Assembly (NCBI GenBank): GCA_951406725.2
Contig: OX597825.1
Location: 80,290,001 to 80,354,000 of the forward strand
From: Octopus vulgaris
Taxonomy: Eukaryota
Reading direction: 5' to 3'
DNA: 64,000 nt
Shown here: piece by piece, positions 51,181-64,000 of the stretch
Position numbering within the stretch: position 1 is the stretch's first letter
How the letters are laid out: the number at the start of each line of letters is the position of its first letter
Translations under genes and position numbers: made by a program
Notes under the pieces: model-generated
Database searches by the model: none
The model's input: only the letters and a program-made list of their open reading frames with translations
What the model was told of the DNA's origin: nothing

Positions 51181-54100
51181 AACTTCCTATACCTCTCCGT
51201 TCGTTTGGCTATTCCACAAGCCTGAGGCGACAGGCTCTGTTAGGGGCTTACAAAACTTGAAGTAGCATAGAATCTGAATCAAACAATGTGAATAAACAAG
51301 TAATTTGAATACTAAAGGGTTAATACTAAAACGTTTTGTGAATCACTCTGTCTAACAGACATGAAATCTTCCAAGAATGCTCTCTATGAAAGACTGACAT
51401 TCTATTCAGTGGGAGTATTTTTTCCTCGCAAGAGTTTTTTGTCCTCATCCGTTTACCAAAAGTGTTTAAGTGTTCTCAAGTGCTATTACTGTCATTCTTA
51501 ACTGGAAGTTCAGTACCATCAATAGTTATGGAGAAGTCACATGTTTTTTTTCCCAAGAAAATGTAAAGTAAAAGCCAACATGTGACAACATAAACCTCAT
51601 TACATGAAATATAAAAGGAACATTGAAAATACAAGTTGTTATTAAACTTGCTGCTGCAGTATCACACTTTAGTTATTCAATTTACCAGACATTCAATCAA
51701 AATTTACTGTCTGATTCCTATAATTCCTTATAAATAAACAAATATTTGAATATTTTCTTGGCAAGATATGGAATTCACCCTTTTGATACCAACCTAGCAG
51801 ACACAACCCTTGGTTCTAGGATACAAACTTCCTCATTAGAAATGATCTCAATTAAAACCTTCCATCAACATTTCAGGCTAATTTATGTTCCAAGCACCAA
51901 ATAGATTAAAGCCAAATTGTTTTAAATTCTTCATTATTTTCAAAAATAGGAGAAACAAGGGCAGAATATTTCAAAGATAGGGTAACAAAAGAGTCAAATA
52001 TTCTTTTCTATTCTAGGCACAAGGCCCAAATTTTGGGGGAGTGGCCAGTCGATTAGATCGACCCCATTACACAACTGGTACTTAATTTATCGACCCTGAA
52101 AGGACGAAAGGCAAAATTGACCTTGGAGGAATTTGAACTCAGATTACTGCTAAGCATTTCGCCCGGCATGCTAACATTTCTGCCAGCTTACCACCTTAAA
52201 AAAGTTAAATATTGTTACCATTTTATTATTGCACCATATAAAGATGGTGGCTTAGCACAGTTCTCAGAGCATTGGACAAAATGGGTGGTTTTTATCCCAA
52301 TACTTTATGTGCCAAGATCGACTTTGCTTTTCACCCTTGCAGGGTCAATAAATTAAAATACTAGTCAAGTACTGGGGTTGATCTAATCAAGTAACCCTAC
52401 CTCCTCCTAAACCAACTGGTCTTGTACCTAAATTAGAAAATTACAATTCAATGATGGCAGAATTGGTAGAGCATCAAACAAAATGTTTTGTGATATTAGT
52501 TCCAGCTCGTTACATTCTGGTTTCAAATCCCACTTTCAGGGGTTGATGAAATGAACTCCCAGTCAAGTATTGAGGTTGATTTCATTGACTAATCTCCCCT
52601 CCCATACACCCACCAAACTCCACACACACACACAAATATGAGACCCTATGCTTGCTTATGTTAAAACTCTTAGTGTTCCATCACACAGAAACATATAATA
52701 GTTTAGCAGTGAATAACAAGGCTGCTAACAAATAATTAATAAAAGCTAAACACCAGTTTCACAAATCTCACCAACCTTTTTTGCTGCTTCGTTTGTGAGA
52801 TTCGGATATGTGCGCACTGGCTGTGATATAACTATCTTATTGCTAACATCACTAACATCACCTTCTTTGATAACTTTTGGAGACATAAATATGTTGATTG
52901 TTTTTATTTTTTGTGTATTCACTGTATTGAAGAAAATGGTTATTCAGCCTGCAGTCGTTCTCTCAGAACCATGAAAAATAGTTTGGTGATCCCTTGCTCT
53001 CCGTTATTGGTTCTCAACCGGGAGCCATATGAACCCTAGGGGTCCATATGCCACCTTGAACAAAATGGTTATTTGGCCTGCACTCATTGTTCTCTCATTT
53101 ACCTGGCCATATCACAAAAATAGTTTGGTGACTCCTGTTGTAGAGTGGTGGTTAAAATACGGAGAATATAATTTGAGGAGAGATGAGGAGAAGAGAGAGA
53201 AGATGTGTATTAAGAAGGTTTAGGTGAGGGTAGAATATATAATCAACATGTGTTATGCGACAGTTATTGTTGTAGTAGTAAACAGAACAGATAGGAGACA
53301 GGAGTCAGCTGAACAATGTTTGGAGCAATGTACAGAGTGATAAGTTAATTAACAAGTAGCTGAAAGTGTAATTAAGAAATAACGAGGGAAATAAATAATT
53401 TCAGAGTTGTATTTGTTTATCAAGTGACTTTGTCATTGTGGAACAGCCACTGTAGCCATTTGATAACCCACAAATACAAACTTATTTCTCGTGGCATCAA
53501 GATTATCCTTGCACAACTGCAACCCGGTCACTGACACAGTTCTACTACTGCAGCACTATAATTTCTATAAATAATGAAGTCAAAGCTGTGTGCTCCCTCT
53601 CTCCCTCTCTCTCATGCACATATGACCGACAACATTTATCAGCTAAACCCCCACCAATATGGTCTCTTCCCTCGAAAGATAACACAACACCACTTGTTTG
53701 CATTGCATGCACCTCGTGAAGTATTATCAGTTTGGCAGACATCAGCACATATCAGCAAATAATTTGTTTGCTGATTTCTATAAACAAGAAATCAAGCTCT
53801 TGTTACGTTCATAGGACTAAGAGACAACTTTTGACTGATGAGACACACAATATGGTCAAAACACCACACTGTCTCAAAGTCTCCTTACACCGGTGAATCT
53901 TGAATGTTATAAACTTGAGGAGACCTATTGAGTCAAGTACATCAACATCAATATAAAAATTCAAATGGAAATTGTAGTTAAGACGCCCGTGCCGGTGACA
54001 CGTAAAAAGCACCGTCCGAACGTGGCAGATGCCAGCGCCACCTGACTGGCGTCCGTGTCGGTGACATGTAAAAGCACCAACCGATCGTGGCTGTTTGCCA

Positions 54101-55200
54101 GCCTGCTCTGGCCCCTGTGCCAGAGGCACGTAAAAAACACCTACTACACTCACGGAGTGGTTGGCGTTAGGAAAGGCATCCAGCTGTAGAAACACTGCCA
54201 AATCAGACTAGAGCCTGGTGCAGCCTCCATGGCTTCCAGACCCCAGTTGAACCGTCCAGCCCATGCTAGCGTGGAAAACGAACGTTAAATGATGATGATA
54301 CACTGTCTAAAGGGAGGTGGGTGTTCTCTCATAACAAAAAACAATTGATCAGATATTTACTTACACTCCAATCTGCCAGAGGGTATCAAGAATGAATATT
54401 TGTTGTTGTAACAACAACAACAACAACAACACAAAACCCATTGTCATGAAATACCTGAGTACTCCCTAATTGTTGCTCTTCTTTTTATTCTTTTAAATCC
54501 ACCCTTGTTATATAATTAGGGTTTAACATTATCATAACTCAATAATTAAGTTGTAATATTGGTCACAATAATTAAGTCTTGGTTATTAGCCATTAAATAC
54601 ATTTAAAGTTCCAGAAGGGAGAGAAATAAGAACATAAAAATACCAAAATGATAGAAATGTTTTTCATCATTCTCAAAAAATACCAGTAATACAAGATGTT
54701 CGGGCTAAATTTGATGAGTTTTTTTTTTTTTTTTTTCATAAAAAGCACCATTTGAGCGTGATCGATGCCAGTGCCAGTGGCAGGTAAAATGCCCCATTCA
54801 AGCATGGCCCAGTGCCGCCTGACTGGCTCCCATGCAGTGACATGTAAAAGTATCCACTACACTGGTGCAGCCTCCTGGCTTGCCAGTTCTTAATCATCAT
54901 CATTATCCATCACCACCACCACCACGGCAACAACGACGATGACAACAACAATAATAATCCTTTTCTACCACAGGCACAAATCCTGAAATTTTGGGGGAAG
55001 GGGTGCCAGTCGTTTAAATCGACTAGTCGATTACATTGACCCAAGTATTTATTTCATTGACTGGTATTTATTTCGTTGACCCCCCAAGAAGATGAAAGGC
55101 AAAGTCAATATTGGTGGAATTTGAACTCAGAATGTAAAGATGGACGAAATGCCACTAACAATTTTGCCCAGGGTGTTAATGAGTCTGTCAGTTCACTCCC

Positions 55201-55235
<35 letters not shown>

Positions 55236-55467
55236 CTTTTTTACTAAAGGCACAAGGACAAAAATTTTGGGGGAAGGGGTGCCAGTCGTTTAAATCAACC
55301 CCCCCCCCCCACACACACACATACACAACTGGTACTTAATTTATCGACACTAAAAGGATGAAAGGCAAAGTCGACCTCGACGGAATTTGAACTCAGAACA
55401 TAACGACAAGGCGAAATACCGCTAAGCATTTCATCCAGCGTTCTAATGACTCTGCCAGCTCAGCACT

Positions 55468-55560
<93 letters not shown>

Positions 55561-56142
55561 CCCCTAAGGTCATGCGCTGTTTATTTTGATATGAGATCAC
55601 CCTGTCACGCACATATGGTTATGATGCATGTGCCTGGTGTACTCTTATCAGACGGGTAGTCATGATGGGTATACTGGGCCTTGTATATTTGTACCTCAGT
55701 GTCACTTCGATGGCATGCACAACTCCCTCACTCAATAATAATAATAATCTTTACATAGAAAGACACAAATTCTCATAGTTGTGGTACCAAAGGCAAAGGT
55801 AGTGTTAGTCATGGTAGGAGGTTTTGTGAGTAGCTTCATGTGTATACGATATTCTTAGAGAAACTTTAATTAATTAAATGTGACGAAGAGGGGGTGGATA
55901 AAGTAAAAATAAAATTAAGACAAGAAATAAAAACAGTTGTAAGATGGCAAACTTGTGTAGATGAATGCAAGATAAGGGATGATCGTGGATGGCTATCACA
56001 TAACATTGATGTCTTAGACTACTGGAGGAAACGGTAGAGATTTTCACAGATAAACACAGTTCATCCAGGACAGAACTTTAGAGGTCAGACTGTGTCTGTG
56101 ATTGTGTTGTTTGCACGTATACATACATATAAACACATACAT

Positions 56143-56178
<36 letters not shown>

Positions 56179-56279
56179 GACACACATATCATCAAACATA
56201 TAAATATACCTACATACACCTACCCTTATATACAAACACACCCATCCATATATACATACAAACCCCTGCAAATATACAG

Positions 56280-56333
<54 letters not shown>

Positions 56334-57040
56334 AGCCGAGAGAGAGAGAGAGAGAGAGAGTGTGTGTGTGTGTGTGGAGGTGAAGTAGGTTCAGAACTGA
56401 CATGCGAAATCTCAAGCTGTGAAAGAGATTAACCCTCCTGATATGGAAGACATCCAAAAACAACTCCAGCTTCACTCGAGCTTCACTCCACCTTTACTCA
56501 TAACTCTACACTCCGTCCTTGCACTCAACATGGAACTGCTCATATTCTAATTATAATATCACATCTCATTATTATTATCATAAAATTGTCTTTGTAATTA
56601 ATGTTTCATTCATCTGATGCTTCAATTACTGCTGCTAATAATAATAATAATAACAACAATAACAATAATAATAATAATAATAATAATAACAATAACAACA
56701 ACAATAATAATTATTATAACAATAACAATAATAATGATAACAATAACTAATTATTATTATTATTATTATCACCGCTGCCGCCGCCACCACGCTCATCATC
56801 ATCATCATCATCATGGTGAGCTGGCAGAATCATTAGCGTGCTGGAAGAAATGCTTAGTGACATTTTGCCTGTCACTATGTTCTGAGTTCAAATTCCACCA
56901 AGGTCAACTTTATTTTTCATCCTTTCAGGGTTGATAAAATAAGTACCATGAAACAATGGTGGGATTGATGTAACCAACTCATCCTTTCTTTAGAATTCCT
57001 GCCCTTGTGGCAAAATTTGAAGCAATTATTATTATTACTA

Positions 57041-57079
<39 letters not shown>

Positions 57080-57090
57080 TATTATTATTA

Positions 57091-57139
<49 letters not shown>

Positions 57140-57143
57140 CATT

Positions 57144-57174
<31 letters not shown>

Positions 57175-58641
57175 TTATTATTATTATCGTTTAGTTAGGA
57201 AGGAAGGTGGTGCCCATGATCCTTTTCAGGGCCTCTGAAACTAGTGGGAGGGAGAGAAGGCCCAAGAAGAACAGATGTCCTCAATGTGGAAATATCGCTT
57301 GAATTTTTGCAGCATAACAAACCCAATGTGCCAAAGATTGCTGTTAACCTGGGCAATGGATAAAAGTCTCCTACACACACATGCCATAGCAGGATTTGAA
57401 CTCAGAATGAAAACAGCCAAAACAAATACTGCAAAGCATACACTCCAACATTCTTGCATCAAAAATGTTCCATGAAAATAAAATGTGCTCCATTCCTTCT
57501 ACTTTGCTTTACAGATTCTATTGGTCCTGTTAAAACACATCCCTATTTATATACAAATTAGCGTTATAGAATTTTAGCTTAAATTTGTTGGCATGAATAA
57601 CAGATATAGAATCATCTGTTTCTTTTACCGATTCCTATAATAAACACTTAAACAAACACATGCATTCTCTCACTCCAAGAGCTTTATGTGTATTATTCCA
57701 AATTTTTGTATATGTATTGTGCTGTGTAAGTGTTCCAATTTCGGTGTATGTACTGCTGAGGCCAAGTACACTCCAAGAACATAGACAACCAACATATGGT
57801 CTGATAACAATACAGTTTGGTATTGGCTTAGTATTATTTCTTCTAGAATTTTATTCTTTATTGTGGGACCATATGCTGCATTGACGATACTACAGGAATC
57901 AAAACTATCTTAGTAGCTTTCCTCTCACTCCTTAGCTTTCAGATTACTCTGTCAAAAAGATAATGCTTATTTATCCACACTGTTTGAATTAATCATGCAT
58001 AATCTCATACATTAGGGATTTCGTTGATATGATTGTATATTTTTAGAATGGCATAGTAGGGTAGGTGTAAGAGACTGGATCTTGATAGTTTCAAACATAA
58101 ACCAGGTAAAATATTTAGGCTGGATATGGCTAGTTTTAAATATACAACTTCAATATTCCAGTCTCACATTTGGCTTTGGTGTTTACGAAAGAGGTGAGAC
58201 GGCCAAGTTGATAGAGAGATTTTTGCTTAAGCAATGCAGTGGTTGTAAGTTCATGACCGTGTTTTGTTGTTTGTCTGGGTAAAATAATTGCTTAGTTAGG
58301 ATTTATAAGTGAATAAGACCTGACAGCTAGAACTAATACCATGCTTTCATTAATTGTTTTAGGTGTCTATGTAATCACGAACAGACATAAACAGCCTCTT
58401 AGCCTTCCTGCTTTTGACCTTGCAAAATACTGAGCATGTGATAACTGGTGGAAGAGAGGATTGCCCCAACACTCAGCTGGTACTCATTTTCTACTGAGTA
58501 CAGTGGAGAAACACAAAATGATGCATCTGGCTCAAGGGTACATCATGCCACCTGGCCCAGGAACAAGCCCATAACCTTTTAATAGCAAGTCCAACAGTGC
58601 AACCACTAGACCATACATCTTCAGAATACTTAATCATATGT

Positions 58642-59172
58642 TCATCATCATCATCATTTAATGTCCGTTGTCCATCTGGTATGGGTTGGACAGTTTGACT
58701 GGACTGGCACACTGGAAGGCTGTGCCAGGAACCAGTCTGATTTGGCATGGTTTTCTATGGCTAGATGCCCTCCCTAATGCAAACCACTCCTAGAGTGTAA
58801 ATGGTGCTTTTACATGTCACCAGCATGGGTGCCATTTGTGTGACACCAGTATCTGCCATGACTGTGATTTTGCTTGGCTTGATGGATCATCTTCTCAAAC
58901 ACAACATAATGCCAAAGGTCTTGGTCATTGCCTCTGTGAGGCCCAACACTCGAATGGAACTCAACCACTTTGCCTCCAAGAGGCTCAATGCTCGAAAGGA
59001 ACTCATCCACCGCAAGACCCGTTCGAAAGGAACTCAGCGACCTCACCTCTGTGAGGCCCAACACCCAAAAGGAACTTAACCACTTTGCCTCCATGAAGCC
59101 TAAGAACTCAGCCACTTTGCTTCCTTGAGACCTGTTCGAAAGGAACTCAGCCACCTTGCCTCCGTGAGGCCT
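58642..59172 (-). mobile_element. SINE family C long variant ending in a ~40-bp minisatellite
   Basis: Family C body followed by repeated gaaaggaactcagccactttgcctcc-tgaggcc units at about 58930-59170. Confidence 0.75.
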
Positions 59173-59423
59173 CTTGGAATAAATTGTATAAATCCAAAAT
59201 AAAGAAACTTATTTAATTGCCTGATGCCATTGAAAGCTGAGCTACGGCACCTTGTTTGAAACAAATATCTATTAAATGCAGTTGATATTCCAAAGAATTT
59301 GTGCTGAATAAAGTCCTGGGGCCGATTTCTTTGACTAAAAACCCTTTAAGGTAGTTCTCCATTATCGGCGCAGTCAAATGACTAAAACATGTAAAAGAAT
59401 ATTACCTTCACCTGAATTTAGGC

Positions 59424-59676
59424 CAGTGGCTCCCAACCGGGGTCCATATGGCCCTTGAAGGTCGACATAAGATTTTGTTGTCAAAATTTATGTCCAATAA
59501 ATTGTTTATGTTTCTACAATCTACAAAATATTTAAACATTTTTAATAGAATTCCTAATATTTAATCATAAAAATATAGTAGTTTTTAGACAGTGAATGAC
59601 TATGAGGGACCCGACCCCTGAGCGAAAAAAAAAAATCAAAAGGGGTCCATAGGCAAAAAATGGTTGAGTTACCAGT
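59424..59676. mobile_element. hAT/Charlie-type MITE
   Basis: Termini cagtggctcccaaccgggg... / ...ggttgagttaccagt resemble Charlie TIRs (CAGTGGTTCYCAAC); related ends near 59731 and 53005. Confidence 0.6.
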
Positions 59677-61290
59677 TTTAGTCTTTAGGATACAAAATTA
59701 GAATTTAATTTATTTTTTTTACACACATTCCAGCACTTCTCAACCGGGGTTCCGCAAAAGGTTCCCAGGAGTTCCACGAGAAAGAGTGAGATAAGCTAAT
59801 GCTAATTTCACGATGTATGATTTGTTTTACCTTGACTCCAGTAGATGAGATGCTCAATTAAATAGAGAACATTTATAGCTTACAGTCATTTGCATGTCTT
59901 TGTTATTTTAAAACAGGTACAATCTAACTTCCTAAAGATATTACTGGTACTTATTGAACAACAGAGTAAAATAAACTGACACCATACAGAGTTTTTTATC
60001 TTTTGTTTTTATTTTATAGCCAGAAGAGAACGCAGAGTCCATGACCCTTTTACAGGGTCTCCAAGACTAGTGAGAGGGAGAGATAGACAGGGAGGAAGTC
60101 TTCTGGAAGCTAGTGACCCCCAACCAAATGATTACAATAGATTGGACATTACCGAAAGAACCAAGGTACCTAGTGGTGATCACCTAGATGGACGATGGTA
60201 GGATTTGAACTTAGAACATAAAGAACTGAAACAAACACTACAAGGTATCAAGTCTAATGCTCTTATAGCTCCACTAACCCACCACACTGGATGAGTGCTT
60301 TTATATTGAACTGAAAGGGTAGAAAGTTAAGTTGAACTCAGAGTACAAAGCCAGAACAAATACCATGAAGCTTTCAGTTTGACGCCCTACCGACTCTGCT
60401 AATGAAATGCTTAAACTATGAATCCAGTAAGGTACACAAGACTTTGAACCCATTAAAGCATTTTCTGGTTCTCTACAGTCATTATCATAATCATCATCGT
60501 TTAACGTCCGTTTTCCATGCTGGCATGGGTTGGACGGTTTGGCTGAGGTCTGGAGAGCCAGCGGCTGCACCAGGCTCCACTCTGATCTGGCAATGTTTCT
60601 ACAGGTGGATGCCCTTCCTAATGCCAACCACTCTGAGAGTGCAGTGGGTGCTTTTTACATGCCACTGGCACAGGAGCCACTCAGTGGGTACCGGCATCGG
60701 CCACATTCAGATGGTGCTTTTTTACGTGCCACCAGCACGGGAGCCAGTCAGATGGACCTAGCATCGACCATGTGGACCTAGCATCGACCATGTGGACCCA
60801 GCATCTACAACAATCATAATACTAAAGAAGATAAGGCATTCATGCCCCTCCCGGTGGTGTATTAAGCAGGAATTGAACCTATATTTTAGATTCCATGGTA
60901 CCATAAAGAAAAAAAAAGAGCAAAGAAAGGGAGAAGCTGTGTGGAGAGGGAGAAAAAGAGAAAAAAAAACAATGAAAGAGAATGAAGGAAAAGAAAGAAA
61001 AACACGAAAAAGAAAGGTGAGTGAAGAAGAATAGATGAAACCAAAGACAAAGGAAACTGGTTGATAGGTTAAAGATAAGACTGGTTTTACCTCCAACACA
61101 CACACATTCACACATGTAGGGTGTGTGTTGAATGCAGTGTGTGTGTGTGTGTATAGGTAAAATCCCAAATCTATAAAATTATATATATACATATATATAT
61201 ATACACACATACATACATACATACATATATGGTGTGTGTGTGTATATATATATATGCGTGTGCGTGCGCATATAGTGTGTGTGTGCGTGC

Positions 61291-61331
<41 letters not shown>

Positions 61332-61434
61332 GTATATATAATATAGTGTGTGTATATGTATGTATATAGTGCTTATGTAAATGTATATTATATGTGTGTG
61401 TATAGTTTGTTTTCGTGTGAGTATGTGTGTGTGA

Positions 61435-61473
<39 letters not shown>

Positions 61474-62693
61474 ACAGCATAGTCACGGATAGAGCTTTCC
61501 TTCCTTTCCTTTCCTTTCCTCTCTCTCTCTCTCCCATCCTCAGCAGACATGGCAAGGAAGGGTTAGGAAGGGCACATTGTGTGATGAGTGAGGTCAGTTA
61601 ACATATGTCTTTCTTATATGTGCTACGTCAGACAGGAGTTAACCGAACATCACAGGTAGGAGAAGGGTGGTGGGGTGAGGAGAGAGAGAGAAAAATAGGA
61701 GTGGAGGAGGAGGAGGGGGGGTAAGACATGAGTTAGCGATTCTGCTGAAATATTTGTTGTCTCTGAATGACAAATGCAGTATTAAAAAAAAAGAACTGAA
61801 AGATAAAGAAGAAAAAGAAAAAAAAGACAAGAGGGGATGAGGAGCGGGGGAGGAAAAAAAGGGGATGAAAAAAGAAACAAACCAGACTCCCAAGAAGATA
61901 GCTAACATTTCAGTTTAAAACAGACATGGAATTGGTGAGAGAGAGACAGACAGACAGACAGAGAAAGAGAAAGAGAGAATTTGGGAGGAACTGTTGATTG
62001 TGGTTAAAAGAAGAAAAAAAAAACAGAACTAATTTAAACAGATAAGACAAGATATTTAACAAAATAAATAAATAATGGTTAAAAACAAGCAAAAAATTTA
62101 AAAAAATAAGATTAAAAAATATATAATAGTTGTTTGTAGTAGTGGAAATCTATAATCAAACATCTAAATAAACACCCTTTGAGATGATGATGATGAGGAG
62201 GAGGAGGAGGAAGAGGATGATGAGGAGGAGGAGGATGATGAGGAGGAGGAGGATCGAAGCTTCTGTCATCATCATCGTAGACATTGTCATTATCATCCTC
62301 AAAACTGATAACATCACTAATGCTGTCATCATCCATCAACATCCTCATCAATCACATCATCACCAATTATTAGTTTGGCCCTTTATAAAGAATTAACTTT
62401 TTGAAAATCCTTTTGAGGTTTTTGATCTTTTGTTACAAACGATCCTTTTCAAGGTTGTACAAAATAAATTACAAGACTTTATACAGCAGCCAATACAAAC
62501 CATCATATATACATTATATGGATTCTGTCAACTGAAATAGTAGCAGAATCACCGTAAATGTTTTTGCTCCATGGATTTTAAACAATGGTAAATCATTCTT
62601 GAATATCCTCTATTTTGAAGTTCGTGAATTCACCTGACAAAAACGGCTTCTTTATAATGAAGTAATATGTTTTTATTAATCAATTAAAGGAGT

Positions 62694-62967
62694 CATAACA
62701 GATTGATACCTGTACCTGTACCTGTCTTTATATATATATATATATATATACATAGTACAAAGTAAGATAGGGGTTATGAAAGTAACCCCCTATGGGATAT
62801 CAGTTATCCAATATACTTCTGGTAAATTACCCAAATATTAAAAATACATAAATGCTTTTAATTGCAATGCAATTAATTCATTTATTGTATTGAATGGGTG
62901 AAGGTAAAAAATATTTTTACCATAAATATATATATATATATATATATATATTTGATACCTGTACCTG

Positions 62968-63008
<41 letters not shown>

Positions 63009-63040
63009 TATAAGACAGGTACAGGTATCAATCTGTTATG
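62694..63040. repeat. Nested inverted repeat around (TA)n tracts
   Basis: cataacagattgatacctgtacctgt... (62694-62730) and a shorter copy (62952-62969) are both complementary to gacaggtacaggtatcaatctgttatg (63014-63040). Confidence 0.8.
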
Positions 63041-63309
63041 GCCATTTGTTATTCTACCAAATATATACGTTTTATTTATTATTTTGCATATTACTTAATC
63101 ATCGTTATATGTTTTATCTTGTATTCAATCTTTTTATAATATGTAATTTTTCTAAATGGTATAACTTAATTTTTCATTATTGAAAAAAGGAGCTTTTTTT
63201 CTAATTTATATTATATTTTGTGAAATTTGATTTAGTATTTCTAAATTGAATTTTTCCCTGTAAGTTTGGAATAATATTTCCTCATATTATTATTATTGAT
63301 TGGGAAATA

Positions 63310-63470
63310 AGACCTAGAAACAACATCAAGTCAAAAGGTGCAGTGGTTTGGGCACATCAAATGGAATGAAAGGGTCACGTGCACATACAACCATGTTTGG
63401 AAAGACAGAAAGTCAAAAGAAGACGAGGGGAAATGGTTCCATTATTGCCGAGATCTGGACTGAGAAGAGA
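63310..63470 (+). pseudogene. Decayed RTE (BovB-like) LINE C-terminal fragment
   Basis: QKVQWFGHIK...AHTTMFGKTESQKKTRG resembles KLxWFGHIxR...xxILxGKVEGKRxRGR. Confidence 0.6.
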
Positions 63471-63474
63471 TTGT

Positions 63475-63790
63475 CACAGTATTGACCAGACTATCAGATG
63501 CTGTATACCTCACTGGTCACAATGTGCTTCCAATTTTGTCTAGATCGTGCTATTCTTTTCTATCTTGACCCAAATTGTCTGACTAAATCATCTTCCCGTT
63601 GTCGTGGAGGCCTTCCTTTTTGATCTCTTGGATACATCTCAGCAACTGCATGGTTCCGCCTGTCTGTGAACCGTGAGACATTCCAACTCAGCAGAACTTA
63701 CACTTTTGGTGTTCTGTAATTACATCATTCACTCTGCTCCATTCTGGAATTATTTCATTTCGAATGCACTTCCCAGGTCTCACCTGCATA
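63475..63790 (-). pseudogene. Decayed RTE-1-like LINE 3' end
   Basis: Minus strand across frameshifts: IRNEIIPEWSRVNDVITEHQKCKFC*VG...RFTDR...AVAEMYPRD...RPPRQREDDLVRQFGSR*KRIARSRQNW, cf. IRNExIR...WAGHVAR.TDxRW...EWYPR...RPPxRWxDD. Confidence 0.75.
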
Positions 63791-63849
63791 TAAAAGCACA
63801 GGTAGGACGGTGCTATTGAAGAGTCTGGCACATATGGAATTGTCTAGCC

Positions 63850-64000
63850 AAATTGTTAGCACGCTGGATGAAATGCTTAGCGATATTTTACCCATTCCTA
63901 CGTTCTGAGTTCAAATTCTGCCATGGTTGACTTTGCCTTTCATCCTTTCAGGGTCAATAAATTAAGTACCAGTGAAACACTGGGGTTGATGTAATTGACT
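63850..64000 (+). mobile_element. SINE family B (runs off window end)
   Basis: gttagcacgctggatgaaatgcttagc...gagttcaaattc...gactttgcctttcatcctttcagggtcaataaattaagtaccag. Confidence 0.85.

Noticed and set aside
55930-56070. Peptide ...NIDVLDYWRKR*RFSQ resembling the hAT dimerisation domain
   Set aside because: Spacing is off and no further hAT motifs follow
58930-59170. ~40-bp repeated units superficially like a CRISPR array
   Set aside because: Degenerate tandem minisatellite within a SINE, with no unique spacers, in a eukaryotic context
62112-62396. Poly-D/E, poly-R or poly-P/H ORFs
   Set aside because: (GAG)n/(GAT)n/(CAT)n trinucleotide repeats with no convincing start or splice signals

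Overview
AT-rich, repeat-saturated eukaryotic DNA, almost certainly intronic or intergenic sequence from a coleoid cephalopod. It looks like Octopus, judging from the SINE families and the density of (CA)n/(TA)n/(AAT)n/(GAT)n microsatellites; this is inferred, not verified. Nearly every ORF in the supplied track is an artefact of microsatellites or SINEs. Much of the window is three abundant SINE families, and only representative copies are listed. The rest includes piggyBac, hAT and Tc1/pogo MITEs, a complete non-autonomous Helitron, a Helentron/pearl-type element, and decayed coding fossils (RTE, R4/Dong and CR1-like LINEs, and a Helitron Rep region). The best host-gene signal is a minus-strand exon at 16484-16779 carrying an ATG in strong context and a 30-codon first coding segment; I could not identify the gene. 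The most unusual observation is a set of unrelated long fold-back insertions (21.7-22.1 kb, 37.3-37.7 kb, 50.6-51.0 kb) with minimal type-I hammerhead ribozyme motifs of the Penelope/retrozyme type at or near their centres. The two motifs that retain all core elements share a non-canonical CCGAUGA core.
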